From: Laetmonice hystrix
Taxonomy: Eukaryota
DNA: 64,000 nt
Direction: 5' to 3'
NCBI GenBank assembly: GCA_965235115.1
Contig: OZ249438.1
Span: 24,180,001 to 24,244,000 of the forward strand
The translations under genes were made by a program, and so were the position numbers. Position 1 is the first letter of the stretch, and each line of letters starts with the position of its first letter. Below the pieces are notes generated by a model. The model had not been told where the DNA came from and ran no database searches. It saw nothing but the letters and a program-made list of their open reading frames with translations. This document shows positions 36,618-50,390 of this stretch, in pieces.

Positions 36618-36922
36618 GAAATCGGCCGCCGCTCGAAATCGGCCGCCCGCTAATAACCTACGGACGATCGGGCGTAGCACGCGGGGGCTCCGCTGGCGGG
36701 ACTAGGCTCCGCTGTCGGAGCCGCCCGCGGGACTAAACTATCACTAACCCTAGGCCTAACCTTAACCTTAACCCGATTAACACTAACCCTAGGCCAAACC
36801 TTAACCTTAACCCGACTAACACTAACCCTAGGCCTAACCTTAACCTTAACCGCCTAGGCCCTGGGCGAGTACGGCCGCCCGTAACTTACGCGCGGCCGAT
36901 TTCGAGCGGCGGCCGATTTCGA
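36618..36922. mobile_element. Inverted-repeat element with an internal 39-bp CCTAAC-rich tandem (possibly Helentron/HINE-like)
   Basis: GAAATCGGCCGCCGCTCGAAATCGGCCGC ... GCGGCCGATTTCGAGCGGCGGCCGATTTC encloses ~3 copies of ACTAACCCTAGGCCTAACCTTAACCTTAACCCGATTAAC. Confidence 0.5.
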
Positions 36923-38376
36923 TATACACCAGGACAGTGCCTCCAGACATATTTTTCCATTTTTCCCTTCCAGTACGGCAGTGGGTGGCAAACACCCAAA
37001 AATAGACTTTTGTTTTGCCAGAGAGAGCAAAAGCAACCACCATGTTAAAATTACTCTACGCAATACCCTGCATCCTGCTAGGGTGGTGGTCATGATCTAT
37101 TTTGTTAAGGTCACAGATGTAGGGGTCAAAGGTCACAGAAAAATACGGGTTCGTTCCTGAAAAATAAACATTTTCCCCTCACACTAAACTTAATAAAGCT
37201 ATGAATCTACAACTCAAGTGGTACATTATTACATGTCCGAGGGGGCTTTCTAGAAAAATGTAGTTTGTTGACCTTTGTCTTTGACCTGAAATAAAAAAGC
37301 CATAATCCAGTTATATCAATCATGAGAACTTTCGTCTCTTTTAAAATTTGAGGCCCCCCTAACAAAATAAGTTTAAAGCTACGATACATAATATTTCATA
37401 GAATCAACTTCAGGGAATAAGCATTTAATTTTATGATGTTGACCTTGTACGAGAACAAGCCTTTGAGGTGTCCAGGTCATCTGTTGTGTCAGGGGTCATA
37501 ACCTGTGTAGCCCATAAAACTCAGAAACCATGCACATGAGTTGAATGATATGAGCATATCATTTACGTGCAGAGATGTATACTCCGATATTTCTGAAAGA
37601 TTTATATGATTCCAGAAGGAATGTACCGTACTTTTCATAATAGGAATATATTGGCCTTGATTGAATGGCAAACGGATTCTCTGACCAGAAGGAGTCAGTG
37701 TACATCAGAGAGAGGTCATTTTAAACTTTGCTGACCTTGGCCATATGAGTTGAAGTTGGTTTATTAAAAACAAAAAGGCATCAAAGTTGTCTAAGTTTGT
37801 AAATAATTGGGGTACCTGTAGTCAAGTTGACAACATGTACTCTAGCTGAAAGCATTGGAATTGGCTCATTACAAAAGTAAAAAGGTAAAATATTGAAGTT
37901 AAAGAGCCTAGATGATCCATAAAGGGGACCCGTGGGGTAGGTGGGCAAATAGTAGGAGATGGTATGAGTGGTTGACAATGGTGCTGAATGGCCCCAGGTC
38001 AAATTTTAGATTGGATATATGGAGCAATAAAGTGAGACCCTTGAAGAAATTTCTGTTGTGCATATATATGTATAATGCAAATAAAAACATGATAATTTCC
38101 ATCAAACAGGATCCGTCAGAATAATGATAAAACAGAAAAACACTTATCATCCATCTACATTATATGTTACTATCATGTGCAAGTATTCATTGTCCAATGC
38201 TGTCTGGGACTTCATATAACTTTATGTTGTATAGTACTGGTATGTCTTTTAGATCCAAAATCCTTTATTGATGCAGTCATTTACATTAAGTAAAATATAA
38301 GAAGCTACTTAGCTATAACTTTGTAAGGTCGTTGTTATGAGTGTTACTGTATTATGTTTTGCAGACGGCGGCATAC

Positions 38377-41300
38377 ATGAAGTCCGAAGGGTCATACTAC
38401 CCTATCCAGGTAAGAGAGATATTCGTGGTTCCACTCGCCATAATCAGAATTCCAGCAGATTTGAATGCTATTTAATTTCATCAAAGGGGGAGATCTGCAT
38501 ATAGCCAAAGAATATGACAAAATGTTATTAAAAAAGAAAAGACTCTAAAAGCATGCAGTGTACCATACTTTAAAATTTTTTTCACAAGTTGCGACAAAGT
38601 ACTTCAGACCTTTTTAAATTGGCACAGAAAATAGACTGACCCTGCTGAAGTACAGTTTACCCAGAGGATTAGCACTCTGGTGGAAGTACTGAAGCAAGAA
38701 TTTAATTGACATACCTATAATATACTCGTGTATATTTCATTTATATAAGGGTACCATGACAAGTGCTTTCCTTTGTAAGGTAAGAGGTAAATTAGCAGAG
38801 CGATAATCATTGGATTTTGCTTGCTTCCAGCCAGGAGTTCCTATCAGGAACTTTAGCAGAATGCCAGTGTTGGGAAAAAGATGGCGGGCCAACCGTCTGC
38901 TGTACATTGTGGCCGGCATCCTCATGTTTGGGGTCTTCCTGACGTTTGTCAATATCTACGAGCTGCGGAGGATGCAGGGCGATCATTTCAATACTCACAT
39001 CCCTGAGGTGGAGGCATCAACCAGTGGTGGTACCAAGCATCGCATTGTCTGGATAAATGGCAAGAAGGTGGGTGCAAACTTTAAATGACAAAAAGCCTGA
39101 TGAGGGATTAAAGAGAAAAATGTGAATTCGTATTTCTTGGGATTTTAGTATGTATTAAGATTATCTAGTTTGCCCTGGCTGGATGTGTATTGATTTCAGC
39201 TAATATTCTGGGTTCATAAGTCCACGAGATATCTGTCACAAATCACAATACCTCAATGATTGTAAGCCGGAATGATTCCTGCCAAGTGGGATAAGACATT
39301 CTGTAGTGGCAAAGTGGCAACTGTTTTGTATTAGTACTGCCAGTAATTAGCCTCGGTGCATGATAGTGTTCAGTCTCCTCTTGTGTGCATACAATACCAG
39401 TGATAACACCCACATTGGCCAGCTTTGATCATACAAACAAATTAGAGATCCTTGTGTTTCCCTTTTGGTTAGATCAATACTAAAGGTACCGGGTACACAT
39501 TGTGCACTGGTATATTGATGGGGCAGATAAGTGCTGGTATGAGAAAGCCACAGGATACTCTTAGAACTGTTTAATTGATTGAACACTACAAAGTAACGTG
39601 ATGCTTATTGCTAACCTATTGAAACGTTTATAAAACAGAATAGTCACACTGCTGACTGGACATAGTACTGGACGATATTTTTCATCATAGAGTCAGCCGT
39701 TGAATTTGGTCTTTTTAGTTGGTATGTATTTGAGGCTGATGTCCCAGCCCTTGATACATATCTAAGGCTGGTGTGTCAGTCTTTTGTAGCTATCTCCGGC
39801 TGGTGTAAAAGGTCATACTGTAATATCTGTTACCGTTTGACATGTCAGACCGTGATGTCATCCTTAGATATGTGACATTACTTGTGTTACAGCTGGGCTC
39901 TGGATACCTTAATCATGTGATGAAGGTGTTTGATCGGGTTGGATACCAGCGCGGCACCATGAACTCGGACTGGGATGTACTCTGGTGTCATGATTACCCA
40001 TTCATAAGCTTACACAAACACCTCGTCAATTTGAAGCCTCATCAAAGGGTACGGTTGCCCCTCATTCGTTACTAGGATCTTGTTTCTCACATCCAACAAA
40101 AATTACTTGGGTCACATACTTTTATTTTACCGGTGCAGTGGCTGTAAAGTTCTATGAAACTATGGCATTTCAAAACGACAAGTTTGTACTGGATAACCCT
40201 TTATTTTATTATTTTAAAGCTATATTCTCACATAAAAATGGGAATGACAGCATTTGTCTTTTCAGGTGAACCACTTCCCAGGCTCAGGCTTTGTTACCAA
40301 CAAGTTAAATTTGGCCTTGTCCAAAGTCAAGTTCATCCCAAAGGCCTTTAAGATACCGCGTGATAAAAGTGCCTTTCAGCAGTTTGTACGTTTGTTTATT
40401 CTTATTGCATTTGATTCTTTTTTTTCAAGTTGCATGCTTTAATTGAACAGTTTGTGACTTTATATTGATAAAAGTAGAGTCCAGAGTTTATTTGTACCAG
40501 GCTGCCGGGCTGATGATATCATTTTCACAGAAATAAACGAGCAAATTCATATGATCATGAGGGGGTTTATATTGTGATGGGTTTACACATAATACATGTA
40601 GAACTTTATAAATGTCTGTGGTTATACTTCAGGCCCAAGAACATCCTGAGTGGAAATGGGTTCAAAAAAGCAACAGCCACCGAGGGGTCAAGATACTTGG
40701 TCTTGATGGTAATTATTATTTCCCATTAGATTTCTCTTCGTCATAACATCATGCTGTAAAAAGTTACTCTGCACGGTTCACATGGTATGCATCGATCAAG
40801 GAATACTAGAACGTTAAGGGTAAACCTGCACCAGTTACGTACTTGTTCTATTAGGAGAATGGTAATCTCAGCAAAAGGAAATCGCTTGAGTCAGCTTTGC
40901 TCAGCACTGTTCACCCTGGGTTTGTTTCAGAGCTTGATATGACGAGTCAGAATAGTTTCATCCAACAGTATGTGGACGACCCGTTACTTATTGATGGACG
41001 TCGTTTTGATATTGGTGTCTACACAGCTGTCACTTCAATAAACCCACTCAGGATATACATCAACCAGGGAGATTGGCTCGTAAGGTAAGTCAGGCACAGT
41101 CTAACAGATAGGACTTCATGACAGGTTCATAACTTAACAACAGCTGTGGTGTCTGTACAGGATGTATACCGGTGACGCATAATGACTTTAGAGAAAACAA
41201 TTAAAGTACCCTGGTAGGCCTATATACGTTGCAGGGCAGTCAGGCACTATTAAATATATGGGAAGTCGCAAAGTGAAAGGTCAAGAAGTGTACTGATCAC

Positions 41301-44110
41301 AGGATAAAGGTAAGGAGTTTTTGCCGGTTGAAATCCATTAAAGTTATAATTCCTCCTGCCACAAATTTAGGTCAGTTTGGCAGTTTGTAGATTAGAGCTA
41401 TCCTCACTCCATTCTTTGCCCCATCTTGCTCAAGTCCCAATAATATTACGATATGATGTGCATCAATGGTTTGTGGTAGATTGTTAGTGACAATGTCTTT
41501 TACTTAGACCTGTGGTTTGATATGTAATGAAAGGTGGATGTTTGTCCTTCAGTTTTCAAATATTTATTTACAGGTTTTGTCCACTCGAGTATCATCCATT
41601 TGACCAGACTATTTTACAAAAATACGTGGTCAATGATAACTACCTGCCTGTGTGGAAAGTATGTATTAGAATTGATATTTAATTTATTAAATTATAGGAA
41701 TACATCTCTTGGGTATTATTTATCTACACAAAATGCAAATCAATTAATCATGGACACTGGCATACAGCTGTCAGACTTATATACATCTGGTAGCTTTAAT
41801 AAGAAATCGAACAGTATTGCATGAAAATGGAGTGTGAGAACTATGAGTTTGGTTGACAGGAAATGGTTCTGTTTTCATTTTTTCCATCTTGTTAGGTACC
41901 TTCTTTGAAGAAATATTACAGTGAGCTTGGTTATACATTCCGAGAGTCTCTCTTTACATATCTCAAGTCCAAAGGTAGGTTTGGTATGGTTTCTGCAATG
42001 AAATCATGAAATCATATTTTTCATCAAATACCAGTATAGAGAATCTTACAAAGTTTTTTAAAGCTCTGTTTAAAATCTAATGTAATTATTAAAATGATTT
42101 GTTGAAAAATATCACTAACTGCATCATGCAAATTACTTGAGTGCTGGTTGTGAAGAAGTATCTTAGCGGAATCTGTGTGGTGTCCATAAACTGCAGTCAG
42201 ATTTAGCCATGGCAATCTACCGGTACTGTAATAATTATACGGTACGTCAGTAACCCCTGTGAAGTACTGGGCGTGGCTACTGGTTATCCCTTTGTGCAAA
42301 CAGAGTGTTCAGATCTTTTAATGAACAGACTACAGGCTGAAGATGTCAGTGGGTACTCTAACGGACAGGTCTTGTTCAAATGTCCTCCTGAAGTCTGTGT
42401 GAGTAGAGAAAGATCTTTGACTGGCTGGAGATTGTATTTTCAGACCATGACGTCGATCAACTCCAGGAGAATGTAATGGAGGCCATCCGTACTGTGTACA
42501 GGTCACAGGAGGCCAACCTGATCAAAGCAGCCAGCAAGTACAAGTCCTCCAGGTATGCACGCCTTGGCATAAATTATACAGGTGTTTGACCTCCTTTTTA
42601 AAAATAGGGTAATGATTGGTTTGGTATGCATGAGTAAGAGAAAATACAGGTATTACTACTTGAGAGGGAATGGGTCACATCTCATGATTCGACTCTTGTA
42701 TCAGTTATAAACATTACAATTTTTGTCAGACATCCTGTACAATATCAGACTGATTACATGGCTTTTTTTTTGTCAGGAATTTCTTTGAGATGGTTCGGTT
42801 TGACTTCGTATTGGACGCCAAGATGCAACTCTACTTACTCGAGGTGAACATGTCGCCCAACCTCTCTTCTGGCCACTTCCCACCCAACAAGCAGCTTTAT
42901 GAATCTGTTGTCTTTGGGCTGCTCAATCTGGTAGGGGTAGCCAGGGCAGTTGATCATGATTTCCCTCAAAGGTAAGACTTTGTCATGGTGACCAGACTAA
43001 AATCAAATGTTGGTATAATATACTTTACAACCTATAAAAAGTTGGAATTGTCTGATGTTGATATGAACTGCTCTTATTGCAGTTTTGGGGATGAGGCTGA
43101 CATGCAGGTTTCTGACCGTGACATAGCTATCCACGCCAGCAGCTGTGCGTTAGACGTCTGTGAAGAGAATTGTCGCCGCCTGGTGAGTAATTGGTAAACT
43201 ACTCTGTGCAGCTGGTAGCCAGGAATATACAAGAACACAGCAATGCCAGACTCTATTGATTGTATACAACTACATTGGTAGATGCTGGGTTATGTTGCTT
43301 GGGAATGGACAAATAATGGGATCAGTTAGAGTGTCATGTGACTGAATGAAATTATGACACATCTGATACAGTAGACAATAAGTATAATCACATCATACGA
43401 CATGTGCAGTGTTGATCAGGTGAGATCATAGAATCGTGGTAATCCACAGTTGTACGCCATTTAATACAAACATTGGACCACTGAAAGGATGAGATTCAGT
43501 TAGTATGTCAGCATGTGAAGGAGCCAGTTGGTTGACAGGCACATAATTTGTTCCCTCCAGGAGTGTCGGTTATGTCCCGGCTGTGTGACAGCTGAGCTCA
43601 AGGTCACCTTGAAACGTGCTTACCTGGAGCACGTCAATCGTCGCACCTGGAGACGAGTTCTCCCAGCACCTTTTGAGGTCAGCATCGCCATCTTAATCAT
43701 TAAAAAAAACTGTCATCGAGTTGGTTTTTTTTTACTTCCAGGGTTGCTTTCTCATTTTTTATGGCTTTCTGTAGAAATAGTTTTGAAATAGAGTTAGAGT
43801 AATTCTACTAGTTATTAAACTTTCATTTGAATTCTATGTTTCCGACTTTGACCAGGGTGTCCTAAAGTTTTGTTATGGTATACAGTATGGGTTTTTTGGT
43901 ATCCGTATTTGAGCATATATGTTTACCCGTCGGTATAAAGCCAGTGAGATGCGTTAACGACGCTGTGACCCTTATTTCCAGGACCAGAGCGAAGCAGAGA
44001 ACTGGCTGCCGACGTCCGATGCCATCTACCGTAATTCAACTAGCAAAAATCAATACATGCACCTCTGGTTCCAAGGCAAATGTCTGCAGGACGCCACCTG
44101 GTGTTCGTAG
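38377..44110 (+). CDS. ttll-15: TTL-family ATP-grasp ligase, TTLL15-like, with N-terminal signal anchor (paralog A)
   Basis: Exons 38377-38409, 38831-39067, 39893-40048, 40266-40385, 40633-40708, 40931-41084, 41574-41658, 41896-41974, 42444-42552, 42777-42971, 43083-43182, 43561-43677, 43982-44110; all GT-AG and in phase. Motifs: WDVLW..DYPF, VNHFPGSG, WVQKSNSHRGVKI, FIQQYVDDPLLIDGRRFDIGVY, FEMVRFDFVLD..LLEVNMSPNLSS, WFQGKC.QD..WCS*. The start could instead be the later Met of MPVLGKR. A 5'UTR exon ends at 35934. The subfamily name comes from recalled motif similarity, not a search. Confidence 0.88.
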
Positions 44111-44371
44111 AAGTACTATTGTGTGTTGTGTGGCCCTGGTGGCTGTTTGAATAACTACGACTTTGTTTAGAGCTGGTTGTAAGTGAGAGCACAGTGTAAT
44201 GTGGATCATGACTTGCCTTCAATACATCCGTCCTGGTAGATATTTAAAGGTGATCAGGCTGTTTTAGAACAGTATTGTATCTAAGATAGTGTACATGTTG
44301 AATGTTACAGTAAACCTTCAGACGAGCAGTGGCTGGTCTAGTTACAGGAAGTTTTGTGTGCTTTGAAAGTA

Positions 44372-45092
44372 CAGTGTTACCTGTTCGATTATTGGGCCAT
44401 TGATGCAAACAGTGTTACCTGTTCGATTGTTGGGCCATTGATGCAAACAGTGTTACCTGTTCGATTGTTGGGCCATTGATGCAAACAGTGTTACCTGTTC
44501 GATTGTTGGGCCATTGATGCAAACAGTGTTACCTGTTCGATTGTTGGGCCATTGATGCAAACAGTGTTACCTGTTCGATTGTTGGGCCATTGATGCAAAC
44601 AGTGTCACCTGTTCGATTGTTGGGCCATTGATGCAAACAGTGTTACCTGTTCGATTGTTGGGCCATTGATGCAAACAGTGTTACCTGTTCGATTGTTAGG
44701 CCATTGATGCAAACAGTGTTACCTGTTCAGTTGTTGGGCCATTGATGCAAACAGTGTTGCCTGTTCAGTTGTTGGGCCATTGATGCAAACAGTGTTACCT
44801 GTTCGATTGTTGGGCCATTGATGCAAACAGTGTTACCTGTTCGATTGTTGGGCCATTGATGCAAACAGTGTTACCTGTTCGATTGTTGGGCCATTGATGC
44901 AAACAGTGTTACCTGTTCAGTTGTTGGGCCATTGATGCAAACAGTGTTACCTGTTCGATTGTTGGGCCATTGATGCAAACAGTGTTACCTGTTCGATTGT
45001 TGGGCCATTGATGCAAACAGTGTTACCTGTTCGATTGTTGGGCCATTGATGCAAACAGTGTTACCTGTTCGATTGTTGGGCCATTGATGCGA
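44372..45092. repeat. 38-bp minisatellite (~19 copies) downstream of paralog A
   Basis: Unit CAGTGTTACCTGTTCGATTGTTGGGCCATTGATGCAAA, contiguous. Confidence 0.97.
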
Positions 45093-48000
45093 ACTCGATT
45101 AGATTTAAATACTCGCATAACTTAATCAAAAATAATACACTTGTCAGTGACTACTTGTCTGGTGTATTCATTCAACAGATAATAATATTGAATTCATTAA
45201 AAAGGTGTTTGTTATTCAGCTTAAGTTCATTGTTTACCTGGATGAAATTACATTTTGCTTCACCGTAAATGGTGAAGCCTACCCAAGGTCATTCAGGAAG
45301 CAAGGTTAGGGATCTAGTCTTGCTTATTATATCTTTAGTTTCACCACCGTTTGCGATATCAGCAGGCCCATCGGTGGATTAGTTACGTCGGTTTTTGTGT
45401 TTTAATTTATTTCTTTTGTTTTTTTATATAGATAGATTTTATTATTTCTTCTGTCTATCAACTATTTGCATAAGTGAAGATGTAAGGACGCAGTAAAATT
45501 GCATCCGGTACAAAATGTTAGTGTATAAAGGCCAAACTGCTACAAAGGTGCAGCAGATATGATTTGAAATACTTGCAGATGTCGATGGCGGTGTTGTGTA
45601 TGTGATACAGGGTTGTAACTACCAATGGTCGGTAGTCTAGGCCGTCAGGTTGGTATAATTGATGGTTCTCATGGAGATTAGGTATTTTTACAGGTATCAA
45701 AGTATCGTGACAGCACAATGAAACAGTGGGATTATTCTCCTCCAAAACTAATTACTGGGACATGCATTAATATACAGGTAGATGCGGTAACCGTCAATGC
45801 ATATCAGGTCAAACAGTGGGTGATGTAATTTATGCAGTGAGTCTATAACTTTATATTTTCCTTTTTGTTAATTCAACATAAAAGGTTTCACCTATACAGG
45901 TTTTTAGAAATCCAGCCACTTAATTGCAAACTGGGATTTCTATGTATTGTCAGTAAGCAGAACGTAGCATTTAATGTTTCGAATACGATATAACGTGTGT
46001 TTTGCTACATCATCAACTAGTGAGAAATGTAATTGTTGACTGAAGTATTACAGTATACACATGTAGATATATATAAGATGTACGTATATAATATGTAACA
46101 TTGACCCGAGAGGTAAAGACAGAAGGGCCATAGAACCCCTGTTAGATGGCCCACATACTTGTTCAATGAGCAACATACGAAGACTTACCGGTAGACGAAA
46201 CGGTTGCCATGACAATTTATGAAGTCGCTAATACATGTACAAGGTTGAGTATTCCAAAACAAAGACTTAGTGCGTACGCATAATATTGCAAATATTATAC
46301 ATTTCCATTGAATACACCAAAAGAAACCTAAGGTGTGTACCAATGAGTTTGAAGTCTGGATGTGTAAAGGTTCCGTAGAGATGAGAAAAGGCAGTCAAAG
46401 CAGGTCTCGTAGTCTTTGAATAAAATGAATGCGGCAGTGGATGAGATGGTTGAATGTGACCGAGGATTGGCTTGTTTTGGGGGGACCTACCTGCAAGCCG
46501 TGACGGGACTGGGGGACATTCCATACAATGTGTCGTGTTTTGTTTTCACTACTCCTCTGACGAGATTGTTTCCTAATGTCTACATGTTATTTGAATGTGT
46601 ACGATTACATATCGTACCTGGCGAGATTTACATTATTTAACCATATGCACTATTGAGTTTTGGCCTTTCTTGTTATTTTCATATCGCAAGGAAATGACAT
46701 TTGTGTTGATATGCCAATAAAATATAACTATTAAAGCAGACTGGTTTAGATGATGCCACGTAATCAGGGCTGTTATGTGCACATTTCTACTCAAAGACCG
46801 TCTATCGTTGAGATTTAGACTGAAGAGCATCCGGACAGCACAACAGCGCTTTAACAACACTGGTTTCTTTTCAGTTTGCACTGATTCTATTATGTTACCA
46901 TTATCGTTATTTTTTCGGAAATTTATACGTGTATACAATTTCATTTATCCGATGGTCATAACTAAAGAATGCCAGAGGCCTATATGGCTGTGAGCGGAAA
47001 GGTTCGTAATACACCGCGAGTGTGTTGTATTTTCAGCTTTTGCTGTACATGTGCTATGTTTTTTAACAAATGAAAATGACTTACGAAATGCATATCACTA
47101 GGTAAACGACATAAATGAGATAATGGGATCTGGAGTATAATAATCCTAGGTCCGTTTTTACGACTTTGTACTGTTTTAAAATGTCGTTTCTGTCATGAGA
47201 ATGGCCCCGGTTTCCGATATGACTTTTGACCACCGAGACTTACTCGCTGTGAACAAAACTTTAATGTAACAAAATTGAAGAGAAAATAAAAATGAAGTAG
47301 ACAGGAATTCCGACGTTCTGTTGTTAATGGTAGTTGCATCTTCAGACCAGTGACATGAACTAGGCTATTGTTTCTGAACACTCATATCTCCTGTGAAATT
47401 TGTTGTAAAGTTATAAGAAAACGTCTAAAATGGGCAACTGATTTTAACCGTTTATGAAGCGTTTGCTGCCTGGGATTTAGAATACGAGCCTTACGAGGGC
47501 ATCTATAATCTCCCCTGTCGTGACTTTGCCAACGAAAAAAGGTTTCAATTATACACTATTACACTATTAATACATCACAGCAAAGAGGGGCTGAAATTTA
47601 TTAAATGCCATTTCGAAGATAAGACTTTCTTCTCGACGTCACGATCCATTAGTCGGAGAATGTAGTTCTAATCTCCAAATCGGACTTCTTGTCACATAAT
47701 GCAAATTTTGAAAGCTGTGCTCAGAATGCTTAACCTAACTGTAGTGTGCCCAACTGCTTTACTTTACTCCATTACCATTTTTTAAATATTTTTTATTTAT
47801 TATCATTGCATTCATCCCACCAGCTCAGACCAGGGTAAGAAACGCGACCAGACAACGTCCCATCGCTCATACCTTGACATCGTCTAAGTGCATGTTTGTA
47901 AAGGTACAAAACAGCGACGGTAATAGTCTTTCATTGCATTTCAGAATCCGCCGTGCTGAGTTATTTACGGGTAGGACAAGCGTCATCAGATATGACGGAT

Positions 48001-48739
48001 TTAGGCAGGAGGAGGAGGCAACATTCGACTCCATACGATGGTTTTGTACATCAATCAATGCCAGTCTGGGACCTGTGTAGGGATGAGTGCATGTCGGAAT
48101 CTGAACCCTTGGAATAGGCTTACGGTTGTCTAAGTTGGAGGTATCATGTACTAGATCCCGCCACCAGGTGGACACTGTCCACTATGGACATGATGGAATA
48201 CGAACCAGGAAGATCATACATCAAGATGATACATGTAATATACACATTATATTATGTAGCTAACGGACGCTATCCCCTTCTCTTGAATTAATCTTACGAT
48301 TGGTCAAACCAGGGAAACGATACACTAATATAAAGTGTTAATCCCATTACATTGTATTTGCAAAGCTAAAACCTATATGTGGTCATTAGCCAATGTAGCC
48401 GACTAAAATCCCGAATCCAGGCATGCTAGCCAAACACATTGTTAAAGTACAAAAGATACATGTGCTCTTAGTGGCGGATGCCTTTAAAAAATATGGGCCT
48501 TGCACATGTTGTTGATACTTCCTGGTGTCAGTTTTTCTTCACTGAAATTGAAGTGCTGCCACCCCGCGGAAAAAATCTTCACACTGCATGGAAGTCCGCC
48601 AAGAACAGTCTTTTGTCGGTGAAAGCGATATGTACCAACCCCTGTTACAATAATATTCTCATTGATTTTTTTAAATTCAATCTAGTTTGATTCCTCATCA
48701 TTACTTTCACACGTGTCAAGCTCAGTTGCTCTTCATGTT

Positions 48740-49620
48740 TTGCACATCATTGCTCGTATGGGAACCCTTTCAATTCATAACTTCACAAGCTGACCTTGCT
48801 ATCCCTGAATGTCAAAATTTGACAAAGGGCCTATTTTCTACGACAGCACACACATTGCGGAGAGTACATACTTATGTGACATTCGAACCAGTAGAAGCAC
48901 ACACGAGCACAAGACGGCGTCACAAAGCCTATTTGACATGACACCAACGCTTGACACATGCTTCACCATATTTCTGACTTCTTCTTCGTCCCTTTTCACA
49001 CTGAATACTTGACTTTGAGACGTTACAGCTAAGAGTTAACCCAACCCACAACCTTCTGAGTTTGTTATAACCCGATAGCTTCAACATGTTGCCCGAGGCA
49101 ACACAACAAGGGTATTGAATATTCCCATTAGAGGACATTCCACAAAGCCATGGGCTTGAAGGAGGGACAAGGGCAGTTCTAACTAAGGTATAAGTCAATA
49201 TGTACAGCGTGTACGGCCGTTGACAGCGGCACGGAAAATGGACCCGTCATTTTCGCCGGCATTGCGCTTGTGTGGACTGCCGACAGGCGATGGGAGAAGG
49301 CCTGGCTATGTCAATGTTTGGAGCTGGTCCTAATGTTGGAGCGCTGACCTTAGCCAGGTGAAAGCTACCTGAGAGAACACACCGCCGGTCTGTCACCCCG
49401 CCGGGCAAGGCATGGGTTTGAAGGAGGGACCCTTTTCCTCCAAAGCCCTGCCCCATTTTCGGATACCCCTTGTATGGTGCCCCTGGGTTTTATTGACACC
49501 AAGTTGGTGCACTGTCTCGAAGAAAAAGGCAACCATACAGGTGTAATCCTCATCAGTCATGATCCATTGGTCGTAGTGGAGGCCGCCAAATTTGGTATCG
49601 GAGTAAGAAACTGTGAGCAG
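48740..49620 (-). pseudogene. Possible decayed DNA-transposon-like ORF remnant
   Basis: Stop- and frameshift-broken fragments SDTKFGGLHYDQWI, KRDEEEVRNMVKHV and SYELKRVP occur in the order I recall from large uncharacterised transposon-like proteins of marine invertebrates. Not verified by search. Confidence 0.25.
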
Positions 49621-50390
49621 ACGATAGATTCTCTACGTCCAAGACACTTGTCAGTGCAGGTGGTGTCCGTGTTTCGCCTCCTTTCGACATGATTGGCGCG
49701 TGATCCGATTCGAGGTTTGTATCAAACTTTATAGCCGTTTTTCGTTCGTGTCCATTTCAATCCTTTTATAATTAATTCATCTGAAGGTATACTATCTATT
49801 CCCCGTCACTAAGCGTAGTCGAAAGAGAACCGCAAATATATTCGTTTACCATGCAAAAGGTAGTCGATCATGCTGTCGAATATTATTGGATATACGTGTA
49901 TATCGAATTTATATCAACTCAACCCACATTGGATCCAATTTCGATATGCAACAGCCAATACTTATATAATTGTATATCATCTAACTTTTATAATTTATTG
50001 AATCATCCGACCAACATCATTGGTTAACTCGAACGGAGCTTGCGTATGTCATGCCTGGATACAACATTTTGACTTTGGCCCAAGGTAGAGATCTAACCCT
50101 TGCTGAAGACGTCCGCACACCCACCCATATCTCACAGTTAGTCTGCTGCAGGTATACACAAACCTCTACCATCGGGCGAGGCATGACCTTGCGTATACTT
50201 TCCGTGTCCTTGGGCCTGACGTAAAGCTATCCGACTTTGCACTCTGTCCCTTGACGTTTGCGAGGATTCATAACCGGAAAAAAAGGATGTCTAGACAATG
50301 TTGAATCCAGACGAGTGAAAACTGATCGCTTTTAAATACCCTTTCATGCTTGACTTCTATCAAAAAGCTTTTTTTTCACAAATCATACAG

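Noticed and set aside
36743-36851. Interstitial telomere
   Set aside because: This is not a (TTAGGG)n run but a 39-bp unit inside an inverted-repeat element.
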